Source: Octopus bimaculoides (taxonomy: Eukaryota). Taken from it: a stretch of DNA of 64,000 nucleotides. Below, in pieces: positions 51,566 to 64,000 of the stretch. The notes under the pieces were generated by a model, which did not search any database, was not told the DNA's origin, and worked only from the letters and a program-made list of their open reading frames with translations. How positions within the stretch are numbered: the first letter of the stretch is position 1; every line of letters starts with the position of its first letter. The translations under genes were made by a program, and so were the position numbers. The stretch covers positions 2,358,277-2,422,276 of the forward strand of contig NC_069005.1 of NCBI RefSeq assembly GCF_001194135.2, in the 5' to 3' direction.

Positions 51566-53039
51566 TGTACCTATACACGTGAATACATGTACAAGCAGGG
51601 GTACAATGGTAAATATAGAAATTCATACCCACCTGAGACTCTGATAAACGTAGATTTACACACTATCCTCCACGAAAAAAAATTTAATTTGTGTTCGTGG
51701 GAAGAGCCATTTTATCTATGCGTCCTGCCCTAACTCTTCGAAACGCCAGTGCTTTAATGGTGGCAGTTGATGAAGGATATGTCTTCTATGTGGCCTGCTT
51801 GTTTTTTGTAACTTGTTTATCATGTTGTCCATGTTTTTTTGCAACATCATGTACCCAGATATGTATCTATATGTACATGTAGATGAAAGTATGTACATAC
51901 ATGTACATATATATGCATATACTTATATATTGTTTGTATATATATATATATATATATATATATNNNNNNNNNNNNNNNNNNNNNNNNNNNNNNNNNNNNN
52001 NNNNNNNNNNNNNNNNNNNNNNNNNNNNNNNNNNNNNNNNNNNNNNNNNNNNNNNNNNNNNNNNNNNNNNNNNNNNNNNNNNNNNNNNNNNNNNNNNNNN
52101 NNNNNNNNNNNNNNNNNNNNNNNNNNNNNNNNNNNNNNNNNNNNNNNNNNNNNNNNNNNNNNNNNNNNNNNNNNNNNNNNNNNNNNNNNNNNNNNNNNNN
52201 NNNNNNNNNNNNNNNNNNNNNNNNNNNNNNNNNNNNNNNNNNNNNNNNNNNNNNNNNNNNNNNNNNNNNNNNNNNNNNNNNNNNNNNNNNNNNNNNNNNN
52301 NNNNNNNNNNNNNNNNNNNNNNNNNNNNNNNNNNNNNNNNNNNNNNNNNNNNNNNNNNNNNNNNNNNNNNNNNNNNNNNNNNNNNNNNNNNNNNNNNNNN
52401 NNNNNNNNNNNNNNTTAATAAATTTCCTGATTTTCTTTTAGTTTAAGTGAATATAATTTTTCTAGAGTCTCATAAAGTATTTAGTTGTAAAAATTCTAGT
52501 GAAAAAACTATATTTGAAGTAAATAAATTTATATTTTCTTGAAATTTTTTTTTTTTCTGAGCGTGAACTTTAAGAACATATTCGCATTTTTCGAGGGAAA
52601 GGTGAAGGTCTATGTCCGTTCACTTTCTTATCTGAACAAAACAAATGTATTTATATTGTTAATATAAACTTATGTATCATACCTATACAAGGCTGTGGAA
52701 TCTCAAAAGCCTACCGACCTTGGAAGACCTGTAAACGTGGTAGACGTTGCTCTTCTTCTTCAGACCCAGCAGGTAGAGCTGTCTTAGCCGCAATATAAGT
52801 ACCTGGGAAAATTAAGAGGGTGGGTCTTATAGTATTTATTTATTGTCAGGCATCCACAGCAACACGGCTCAGAATAGGGCTCCTAGATCTGTAAGGGCTC
52901 CGGAGAACTGCCGAGTGTGCCCATGATTAGTGTATACAACTAGTATGTTAAAAAAAAACACACACAAAGCAGATCTTTCTGATTTTGAAACTAATGTTGA
53001 CTAAAGAAATATTTAGTGACCATATTAGTGAATGGCAAG

Positions 53040-53235
53040 ACGGCGAGCTGGCAGAGTGGTTAGCACGCCGAGCGAAATGCTTAGCGGTATTTCGTCTTTC
53101 TTTACGTTCTGAGTTCAAATTCAACCAAGGTCGACTTTGCCTTATATCCTTTCGGAGTCGATAAATTAAGTACTAGTTGTGTACTGGGTCGATCTAATCG
53201 TGTGGACCCTCCCCACAAATTCTGGCCTTGTGTGT
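53040..53235 (+). mobile_element. SINE family B, full length
   Basis: cggcgagctggcagagtggttagcacgccg...ggccttgtgtgttcagtagaaaagaatatt. Confidence 0.92.
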
Positions 53236-54399
53236 TCAGTAGAAAAGAATATTAATCAATGAAATTTTATGGAGAAAAATTATATTAAATCGTATGATAT
53301 TTGCGCGTTGTTTTCAAATTTAAATTAATATTTTTTTATGCATCATGAATTTGGTATTTAGTGTCTCTCTGCTTAAAAAATGCCTACAGTGTTTGAGTAG
53401 GTGTATTAATCTGTTATATTAATTAAAATGTTATATTAATTAGTCTGTTATATCTTATCTTGAACGATTATTTGTTTGTTATGTACTTCAGTCATTACGT
53501 ATGCTGCATGGCCAATACATAATGACGCTTTTCTTTTACAAATCATACAAGTTAAATTTTTGAGCCCAAAGTTGTCAGCCGAAAAGAAAGATCGACTTAT
53601 GTACCATGACGGCATTGGATGATCAAGAGTTCTATGAGAAATGCAGCGGAATAGGAAAGACAGTAACCATGTTTGATTGTTTACACTATAGAGTTGCACG
53701 ATATACTGCGGAAGCTTGTATGTCTGAACATACGGTATCCAGTTTATGATAAATTATTTTCAATGAACGCGAAGAAATAAAAGCCAGACATCTTCCAGGC
53801 AAGATTATCTTGTAGATTATATTAAATTTGAACTGATTTCACTCCCGGGAGCGAGAAATTAAGATTCCTCTGAAAGGTTTTAGATCTCTGGTGAAATATC
53901 TCAGTAAAAGTTGGTTAAGATATACACCAGTCCTGAGAAATTCTTTGAATAATTCCCCATTTTCAAGATGTCTATTACGTTTGTGGTATGTCATGAGACA
54001 AGACTGATTCCTCATAATCTTTTAAGAACTCTAGCAAAGGACTGAAGAATGAAACAGCGCTGATTTGTTGACTCATTTTCGACACCCATCTTAGCTCCAC
54101 GTATTCATTTGCCATCATTATTTTATTTGATACTAAGAGATGGAGGGAAAGCGTGATAGAGAGACAGAGAGATAGAGAGGGAAAGAAAGAGGTATCCTCA
54201 AATTGGAGGTCTGACCCGAATACTTGCAACACAATGGTGTCCTCTAATTTTTGGTGTTAACATGAGTAACTGGATCACTCTAGACGAGAAATATGAATGG
54301 AACACGAATTATTGCTCTTCTGTTTTCAATGGGCCACACAAGTAAACCACGCTAAAGCAGCGTTTGTAACTTTATTCACTGGATAATATATTTAGATCG

Positions 54400-54600
54400 C
54401 GAAGGCGTGTGGTCTGGTGTTTTGGACGTTGCATTCACGATCGCAAGATTTTGGTTTCTATTCCCAGAGCCGGCAGCACGTTGTGTTTTAGAACAAAACA
54501 CTCCATTTTACGGTGGTCCAGACCATTCAGCCTTAAATGGGTGAACTGGAGTTCAATTCTGGGGAAATGTTAGCCTGGCCGTCTAGACAACCGGAAGGCC
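54400..54600 (+). mobile_element. SINE family D, decayed
   Basis: gaaggcgtgtggtctggtgt...ggtttctattcccagagccgg...gtgttttagaacaaaacact. Confidence 0.6.
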
Positions 54601-55084
54601 ACATTCGAAAGTGACAACAAAACGAAGTGTTGATATCAGCGGTGTTTAACAACATCAGATTGTCTAGCCGATTCATTGATACTTAAATCTGATCAAAAGT
54701 TTTCTTGATTAAAATCTAATTTATCGATATATAAATCTTAACATTACAAACAACATCGTTTCTTGTTTATTATTATAATTGTTATTATTATAATTGTTAT
54801 TATTATTCTTGTTTGGGTGTGTGAGAATTACAGCTCGGAAAACAACAATAATTTCAAAATATAAACAAACATCGCATCCAAAATGAGGTATTATTATTCC
54901 ATTATGAATAAAAATGTCTACGTCAGTGTAATTTGTCTTTTACGTGTTTCATTCATTGAACAGCGACCATTCTGGGGCACGTCCTTGAAGTGTTTAATCA
55001 AGCAAACCGATCCGTGTACTTCTATGTTAGATGTGGTATTTATTCCGTCGGGCCTCTTTTGCCTAAGTCCGCAGACAAACCCCC

Positions 55085-55430
55085 ACCAATCATTTGTCTC
55101 CAGAATTCCTTCTTCTGCACTGCACTTGGTAGATCGCTCTTTAGTACAACAGAATCTGCAGCCAGTTGGTCAATAAATGTCCAAGCAAATAGACTCTTAT
55201 GTGCGTTGGTTCCGTGTGCTGGTTCTCACTTCAGCAGTTGACCCAGTACTTCATTCTTGCTACGAAAGCAATGTCCACAGAATCTCTGTCTTCTTTCCAT
55301 TAAGGTGGAAGTAATTCTTCGAAGATTACCATAAAGAATCTGGTCTGTTATATGGGACTGACAGTTCATGTTAAACGCTAATCTCAGACGTCTTAGTTCC
55401 AGCTAATTCTCTTACTAAGTACCTTAGTTT
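55085..55430 (-). mobile_element. RTE-X/RTE-like LINE ORF2 C-terminus
   Basis: LRLAFNMNCQSHITDQILYGNLRRITSTLMERRQRFCGHCFRSKNEVLGQLLK*EPAHG...TFIDQL...KEFWRQMI, the RRLRFAGHCWR...W.PKHG...TYIDQL pattern. Confidence 0.82.
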
Positions 55431-58109
55431 GAGTGCATAGCGATTATTAGATATTCAATATGCATTAACAATTCTGTATGTTCCTACTTATTACCACTAA
55501 TGCAAGAAAACAGTGCAGAATAGTAAGAATATCGCACTAATTAAAATTTAATATAATTGTGGCAACACTTGGGAATATTGCCATTAACACACTGGCTATT
55601 ACTAAAGGTCTGTTATATTATCACTTAACACAATCAGTAGAACTTTAATGATGTGACTGCGTCTTTTACTGATAACCGTAGATAGCAATACATTAATAAT
55701 TACGATATCTCCGCCATATCTAATTTGATATCACTGTCACACATTTTACATTTGCATTGCTAATGCTATTGAACAATAATCAATACCAATGTACGAACGA
55801 CTGTAAAATACCTTGTCAAATATACATTAAATTATCATCGATATAGATGTTGGAATAAACCGATTTTTATTCTGTTTACAGTTTGTGTTACAATCATTAT
55901 TATACTTTACTGCGGTTTCCATTATATTTTTATTTTTGATGCACATATAAATATAGTTTAATGTCGCCATAAGTATGTTATAAGTTATTAAGTAGATTTT
56001 ATGGAATCACCTGTGTTATATCTGCAAAATCTTGGTTTGGTCTCACTTTTAGTTGGCGCATATGCATTTAATGACATCAGGAAATTCATCAGGTTTAACC
56101 AAAAAGGTGTTAAATATACACACAAACACACACACATACGAACACACACTCACACACACATTACTGTTCTGTTGCTAGTAGGATCAGCAATAAAATACTC
56201 CATCAAATGAGAGTTAGATATAATTTAATATACACAGTACTTAGACATGAGGTACTAATAATTTCATGATGACGAATCACAATACGTTGGTAGTGTTATA
56301 TATCATGCCCTGTGTCTCCAAGGAATCATCCAAATTCCATTACAAATGGATGGTTTTATTTGAAACACCGAGAACGCTTCTCTATGAGAAAGCACGAGAG
56401 GAATCTGAATACAAAAAGTGGAATGAAGAAAACAAAAGGTAAATAAAAATGGAAACGAAAAAAAGAAAACCAAGAGTTGTGTCTTCTTTGTCCAACGAAA
56501 CCATAACTAATAAAGTTGTGAAATAATTCATCGGTGAAGAAGCGAAAGTCTGTGAGACAGCAAGCTCAATCCGGAGAGGGTGGCGTCCTCCAGTCAAACA
56601 AAAAAACTTGTCCATGCGCATGCATCTGTGAAAAATTTCAGTTCTGAATTTAATGTAATCGAATTTTTGGTTTTGAAAATGTGATAGCTTTCGGCTACAT
56701 ATAACCAACAATACTTTCATCCATTTACATATGACACGGATTTCTCCATGAAGCTCCACATGACTGTATGTGGCGTGGAGTTGGTCTTCAGATCCGTTTA
56801 TGGCCAACCAGCTTTGTGGCTTTATTCTTGTGCATTTGTCGGAAAGAGGACTGGTGCTTTGAGTATCTTCTTTTAAAATGGCCTACGCATAAACCGAACC
56901 GATTTATCTTTTAGTTTTCATAATTTTTCAGCCCTGTTATAAACGACCGGGTTTATTAAGCATGCCTCATCGAGTGGGAAAGCTTCAGCGGCCCCCAATT
57001 TCAATAAACATAAAATCAGAACCGTACATATTTAGATGCTGCGATTTTTCAGGATTAACTAGATACAAATCTAGTTACCTTACAAAAAATTTCCGGCAAT
57101 TTGAAAGAAACCATCTTCAAATCTTGGTTCATATTAACTGGGATGTCTCTGTTAGTATGATATAATAGCAAAATGAAAATTTATACCAGAAAAAATATAA
57201 AAAAAGAGTGTGTGTTTATATGTGCGTATGTGGCGGGAGGTGTGAATAGATTAAACCAACTGCAGTATTAAAATAGTACTGCATTTTATCGACCCCCAGA
57301 TAAATGAAAAGTACGTTTTTGATTTCTGTGGGATTTGAAATAAGAACATAAAAAAGAGTTAAAAAATGCAAGGCTTTTCGACAACATTCTAAAAGTCCTC
57401 GACATTTTTTTAAATAATTATTCATATATACTTTTACTAAACAGCAAGTTGAATTAGAAAAGAAAAATATATTTATATATTTACATTTGAAAATTGAGAA
57501 AATCAATTTATTTTATTAAGAACGGTACGAAATATATATATTTCTTCTTCAATATGTTTCTTTAGTTGTAACAGTCTTTTGTGCATTTTCTTACATTTTT
57601 TATGTGACGTTTACCAAACACACATTCACACATACACGCACACACATACACGTGTACACACGCATGCACTCACACCCTACCACACTTATACACATAATTT
57701 TTTGATCCCTAAAGAAATACGAAGCTATTTATACATTTTATGTATTCAAATTGACAATATTGAATATACCGAAAAATATAGGCTGATAAAATAGAATTAT
57801 AGAATTATAAGATACAGAAGAAGAAAATATCAAATTAGATATACATCTGTCTAAATATATATNNNNNNNNNNNNNNNNNNNNNNNNNNNNNNNNNNNNNN
57901 NNNNNNNNNNNNNNNNNNNNNNNNNNNNNNNNNNNNNNNNNNNNNNNNNNNNNNNNNNNNNNNNNNNNNNNNNNNNNNNNNNNNNNNNNNNNNNNNNNNN
58001 NNNNNNNNNNNNNNNNNNNNNNNNNNNNNNNNNNNNNNNNNNNNNNNNNNNNNNNNNNNNNNNNNNNNNNNNNNNATATATATACACACATGCATACATA
58101 TATATACAT

Positions 58110-58172
<63 letters not shown>

Positions 58173-58429
58173 CAGATGCATATATACATATGAACGCATA
58201 TACACGTAGATATAAGAGTATCTATGCATATGTTTGTATCTTTATATATGTATACATATATGCGCATATATATATGTATGTGTATATACATATATATATT
58301 TATATATGCATGTAGTTTCATATATACGTTTATAAATATACATGTATATATATATTTATATATAGATACGTGTATATATATATATATATGCACACACACA
58401 CACATATATATACATACAGACACACACAA

Positions 58430-58483
<54 letters not shown>

Positions 58484-59556
58484 NNNNNNNNNNNNNNNNN
58501 NNNNNNNNNNNNNNNNNNNNNNNNNNNNNNNNNNNNNNNNNNNNNNNNNNNNNNNNNNNNNNNNNNNNNNNNNNNNNNNNNNNNNNNNNNNNNNNNNNNN
58601 NNNNNNNNNNNNNNNNNNNNNNNNNNNNNNNNNNNNNNNNNNNNNNNNNNNNNNNNNNNNNNNNNNNNNNNNNNNNNNNNNNNNNNNNNNNNNNNNNNNN
58701 NNNNNNNNNNNNNNNNNNNNNNNNNNNNNNNNNNNNNNNNNNNNNNNNNNNNNNNNNNNNNNNNNNNNNNNNNNNNNNNNNNNNNNNNNNNNNNNNNNNN
58801 NNNNNNNNNNNNNNNNNNNNNNNNNNNNNNNNNNNNNNNNNNNNNNNNNNNNNNNNNNNNNNNNNNNNNNNNNNNNNNNNNNNNNNNNNNNNNNNNNNNN
58901 NNNNNNNNNNNNNNNNNNNNNNNNNNNNNNNNNNNNNNTATATATACATATACACACAAATATACATATATGTATATAGTCTGTAAAGACGCATATAAAC
59001 TTTTGAGGGAGAGGGGAAGTGTGAGGCAGACAAACTAAATTATTGAATATTAAGTTACAAGGTTACAAGCAAATTTCTTTTTTCATATTCCAATATAATT
59101 TCCATAATTTTGTAATAAAAATTTGTGTATGTAATAATTGTATAAGGATACAATACAAAATGGTAGAAAATAAACGACGTGAGACATCAAAAAGTATGGA
59201 GAAACTGCGAAAGACTAATTTATGTAGCGTTAGTTATTTGAATAGATAACTAGTATATTTGAGATCGCATTGCTATGATTATAAATTTGCGCTCCTTTAT
59301 AAGTACAAGCATAATTCTCTGCAATTTAAGATCCAAAATATTTGTCTTATCAGCAAAAATTTCAATTGAACGTTCAGTTTAGTGTTAATATGTTTAATAT
59401 ACATGTTAGAAAATATTATAGGTTGGATTAAACCAACCTATATTATTTAATGTTCATGTAACAGTTTTTTGTCTGATTTGATATACCTGATCAACTAATT
59501 GTATATTCATAAATGATAATCTTTATAAACAAAGATATATCTAGTGTAAGAGATAT

Positions 59557-59635
59557 ATAGTTTAGCTTAATCGGTCTAGAGCACCACGACGCGTAATCAC
59601 GGAGGTGTGAGTTCGAGTCTCGTAGCTGGCCGCCA
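59557..59635 (+). pseudogene. tRNA-like pseudogene or isolated SINE head (Thr-CGT-like loop)
   Basis: A-box tagcttaatcggtctagagc, T-arm gtgagttcgagtctcg, loop cgCGTaa. The anticodon stem and the outer acceptor stem do not pair. Confidence 0.55.
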
Positions 59636-59699
59636 ACACTTTTTCTGCAAAATAAGGGTAGTTTATCCTGTTCAGGTTATATTATTAGCAATATCCTGA

Positions 59700-59913
59700 G
59701 CTTTTCCTTCTTCTTCTTCTTCTTCTTCTTCTTCTTCTTTTTCTTCTTCTTCTTCTTCTTCTTCTTCTTCTTCTTCTTCTTCTTCTTCTTCTTCTTCTTC
59801 TTCTTCTTCTACTGCTTCCGCTGCTTCTGCCGCTGCTGCTGCTGCTGCTGTTACTCCTCCTCCTCCTCCTCCTCCTCCTCCTCCTCCTACTACTACTACT
59901 ACAACAATATGTT

Positions 59914-59945
<32 letters not shown>
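59700..59945. repeat. (CTT)n/(CTG)n/(CTC)n/(CAT)n microsatellite
   Basis: Direct reading. Confidence 0.95.
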
Positions 59946-60578
59946 TGTTATTGTTAATCACTACAATAACAACAATGTTATGTTTGTTATTATGTGAAAT
60001 ATGATTTGAAACAGATATTTCATGGAGTGAGAGAGAGAGAGTGAGAGAGAGAGAGTGTGTTTCCAACAATATAAGACCTTCACATTATTCTCCGGAACAA
60101 CATACGTAATATACAAAATTATTGACAAAGATTGACAGGCATATATTTAAATACTTAAGAGCTCCCAGTGAATCGGATGACGCGTTTTACAAACAGCCAT
60201 TAATGCACAGCAAAATACGTTTGTCATGTGATTAATTCTTTCTTAAAAAAACCTATTAAAACAAAACAATAGGAATTGACAATGTAGCTGTTGATTTAAA
60301 AACATGTTGCAGCTTCGAATTCCTTTCAAAAATTTGAGCGCTTAAAATAATAATTGTAATACAAAACTGAAATAACAAAATATGGGTTCTGTTCTGTTTT
60401 CTTGATATTATACAGATCGTAAACCAAGCATAATGATTTCAAAATGCTAAAATGTGAAGATATTTGAAACAAATCTATCATAACATGCTATCTGCTTCGA
60501 TGTAAAGAATGTCATGCGATAAGGTTGAAGGTACGGTTCAAGAAGAATATTTTGTTAAATGTATAAAAATTTCCTTTA

Positions 60579-60645
<67 letters not shown>

Positions 60646-61496
60646 CATTATGTGATAATTTTTTTTCATTCTTTTCATCAAAAATTATCTAATCTAAATT
60701 GCTAATGGCATTGGAAAACAATTTCTTTTCAAACTGCTTAAGAGTTTATTTATAATGGAATAATGCCATCTTCTGAAATGGTACAATGATGAAATCCAGC
60801 ATTAATATCAAACAATGCTAAAAATGATACAATAAAATGGAATAAGAATAAATTAAAAAGAAAAACACATTTGGCAAACATTTCCATAATAAGCAGGCAG
60901 AAGAGCCGCAATAACCGCCACTTCAAAAACAACCACGAGTTATATAATATTAGAAGAACAGCTAAAGAAAATGTCACAATTAGGAAGTTAAAAACGAAAA
61001 CATAAAGCAAGCTATCAAATCATAGAGAAAACAAGAGAACAGCCAGAGAATAAAGTGCGAAGAATTGTCATGGCTTCCTGAATTAAACGATATTAGCATA
61101 CTGCAAGAAGCCCTCTGCGGGAGATATGGCATCATTTGCAATGAATGAAGTAGGCAAAGATGTGTACTCTACTTTTTGTTATTCTGTGTCTGTAGGATAA
61201 GAAGAGATCGATTTAAAAGGATCGTTAGTCTGAGATTAATCATGAGAATTCTGTCGTGTTAAATTCATCCATTATAGGTTTATGCCTACCAGGGATTGGC
61301 TTTCTCACGCACGGAAGTACACGCACGCGTATAAAGAACTGCTGTGCTTGCATGCATATACGAGAATATACAAGCCAATGTATATTGTCTAAAGAGACAC
61401 ACTAACACGAACAAACACTTACATGATCATCCACATATTTTCATGCACATATGTAGGAATGTGTGCGTGTGTGTGTGTGTGTCTCTCTCTCTCCTT

Positions 61497-61541
<45 letters not shown>

Positions 61542-61637
61542 CCCCCTCTCTCTCTCTGGAATATACGAGAATTTATTATTTATCACGACAATTGATTCGA
61601 TACATTCGTTTTATTATCCAATAATATATATATATCT

Positions 61638-61680
<43 letters not shown>

Positions 61681-61703
61681 CACACATACATGCATACATG
61701 CAT

Positions 61704-61788
<85 letters not shown>

Positions 61789-61790
<2 letters not shown>

Positions 61791-62292
61791 GGGTGTCCCC
61801 CCCCAAATGTTTACACACTTTAGCAAGTGATAACTCGATGTTTTTTCTTTCCGGATGAAACCCAGTGTAATTCATGATGGCAGCCAGACTAAGCTTTGAA
61901 CAAAGGAAATTCAGTCTTTAAATGCAACTGGAAGTGTGAAAACGCAGTTGAAGTACAAAGACAGTTTAGGAGGGAGAGTTTCAAACAGATCCACCGACGT
62001 GACTTACCATCACTCGAATTAGAGATAAGTTTGAAGTCAATGGAACTGTTTAGAATGTTCACGAGATGCGTTCCGGAAGACCATGAACATCGACAGCCCC
62101 AACAAAACAAGAAGGAATGCTGGAAACGTGTCACCAGTGTCCAAGAAAATTTATGTTGCACGCGAGTGGTGAGGTAGGTATGTCAAATTCGTCGGTCCAG
62201 CTCATTTTGAAGCGTTGTCAATGGAAAAGTTACATTCCAAGATTAGTCCATGCTTGTAATGATGATGATCCAGACCGAAGAGCGCAGTATTG
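61789..62292 (+). mobile_element. Tc1/mariner-superfamily element, 5' part (terminal repeat plus DUF4817-like HTH region), truncated
   Basis: Terminus cagggtgtccc. Frameshifted translation MAARLSFEQRKF..KC.WKCENAVEVQRQFRR.FQTDPPT.LTITRIRDKFE.NGTV.NVH..RSGRP...[23 protein letters not shown]. Confidence 0.87.
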
Positions 62293-62543
62293 CAGTCGAT
62301 GAAAGAGCTGGTAGTAATACCAATAATTGTCGGAGCCCTGGGAACAGTGAGTAAAAACCTTGAGAAGTACATGGAACAAATAGGAGATGCAATAAGGGTG
62401 GAACACCTGCAGGAAACAGTACTGCTCGGAACCGCTCGAATACTCCGAATGGTGCTCGAAAAATAAGGGGTGTTACCTTAGTTAACTGGTAGTGAACAGC
62501 TGACGCCGTAGGACATCTCCAGCGTTAGAAGCTGTGCAAAGAC
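62293..62543 (+). mobile_element. R4/Dong-like LINE, 3' 250 bp
   Basis: VVIPIIVGALGTVSKNLEKYMEQIG.AIRVEHLQETVLLGTARILRMVLEK*, then a UTR near-identical to 16040-16143, then (TAA)n. Confidence 0.88.
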
Positions 62544-62547
62544 AATA

Positions 62548-62585
<38 letters not shown>

Positions 62586-63030
62586 TAATAAATTAGGATA
62601 CTCACGATAGTTTTCGAAATTAAATTCAATTAGCANNNNNNNNNNNNNNNNNNNNNNNNNNNNNNNNNNNNNNNNNNNNNNNNNNNNNNNNNNNNNNNNN
62701 NNNNNNNNNNNNNNNNNNNNNNNNNNNNNNNNNNNNNNNNNNNNNNNNNNNNNNNNNNNNNNNNNNNNNNNNNNNNNNNNNNNNNNNNNNNNNNNNNNNN
62801 NNNNNNNNNNNNNNNNNNNNNNNNNNNNNNNNNNNNNNNNNNNNNNNNNNNNNNNNNNNNNNNNNNNNNNNNNNNNNNNNNNNNNNNNNNNNNNNNNNNN
62901 NNNNNNNNNNNNNNNNNNNNNNNNNNNNNNNNNNNNNNNNNNNNNNNNNNNNNNNNNNNNNNNNNNNNNNNNNNNNNNNNNNNNNNNNNNNNNNNNNNNN
63001 NNNNNNNNNNNNNNNNNNNNNNNNNNNNNN

Positions 63031-63124
<94 letters not shown>

Positions 63125-63135
63125 TTATAATAATG

Positions 63136-63166
<31 letters not shown>

Positions 63167-63191
63167 TGATGATGATGATGATGATGATAGC

Positions 63192-63250
<59 letters not shown>

Positions 63251-63880
63251 TAATAAATTAGGATACTCACGATAGTTTTCGAAATTAAATTCAATTAGCA
63301 AATAAAAACATCATTAGAAATATTACAATTATAAAACACTTTTTAAAAACTGAAGACTATAATTTTAACTATAATTTCATAAAAATATTCCAATTATAAT
63401 AATTAAGAATAAAATAATTAAAAAAATAGTATCTTTTACTACATTTTGTGATGTGTTGGTGGTAGAGGCTGGGTGTTTTTATGAATATTTCATTCTCATT
63501 AAACGAGTTTAATTAGCCATGATTTGTTTTATTATATAACATGCATATCTGTGTTAATAATTTTGATATCACTTGTTTGTTTAAATAATGGGGATGTGAC
63601 GAATGTGACTACTGGTTACAATAACCAAAATAGTTTGGTAAACATACACATGTATTCCTTTAACTCTGCTACAAATCTTATCTAATGAAAAAGCTTGCCG
63701 TTTGTCTCTGTCTGTCTGTCTCGCCCTCCCTCTCTCTCTTCCCCATCTCTCTTCCCTTCTCTCAGTTTCTCTCTCTCATTACTACTCTATCTAACAATGT
63801 ATCCTTTCAATTCTTATCCCTCGATGCAATTCTCTTCCATCTGTTTTATTAACCGCTTACTCTCTTCCCCTTTATTCCAT

Positions 63881-63920
<40 letters not shown>

Positions 63921-63947
63921 ATATATATCTAAGTATGTACATATATG

Positions 63948-63978
<31 letters not shown>

Positions 63979-64000
63979 TATTTATACACCCCCATATATA

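Noticed and set aside
53448-54120. Several 55-85-codon frames, one containing GIGKT
   Set aside because: The Walker A motif is incomplete (first G missing), there are competing frames on both strands, and no family was recognised.
60750-61010. Very hydrophobic 86-aa ORF (possible membrane protein or numt)
   Set aside because: Hydrophobicity follows from the T-rich strand, the start is non-ATG, and it shows no recognisable similarity to mitochondrial proteins under the invertebrate code.
62546-63305. Identical about 60-bp sequence (aacaataataaattaggatactcacg...tcaattagca) on both sides of the last gap
   Set aside because: Most likely overlapping contig ends left unmerged by the (TAA)n tract, not a real tandem duplication.

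Overview
Repeat-dominated, AT-rich animal genomic scaffold with 18 N-gaps. The repertoire points to an octopus (coleoid cephalopod): very dense (TA)n/(CA)n/(TAA)n/(TATC)n microsatellites, several high-copy tRNA-derived SINE families, and decayed LINEs and Tc1/mariner elements. No gene could be identified with confidence. Nearly all long ORFs in the track are microsatellite or N artefacts. Supported content: (i) many copies of at least 4 SINE families; (ii) fragments of R4/Dong-like (x3), L1/Tx1-like, RTE-X-like and CR1/L2-like LINEs; (iii) relics of a DD37D (maT) transposase, a mariner 3' end and two Tc1-like elements; (iv) a fold-back MITE and a 28-bp minisatellite. The most unusual signal is a dispersed set of hammerhead-ribozyme-like cores (CTGANGA-stem-GAAAC), probably from Penelope-like or retrozyme-like elements. 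Several sit in fold-back structures (about 6.1-6.4, 19.7, 21.0-21.25 and 41.4 kb); none looks fully intact. A few weak candidate exons (32.3, 44.1-44.5, 52.7 kb, minus strand) are reported at low confidence. All family assignments come from manual translation and recalled motifs, not database searches. Element boundaries are approximate unless stated.
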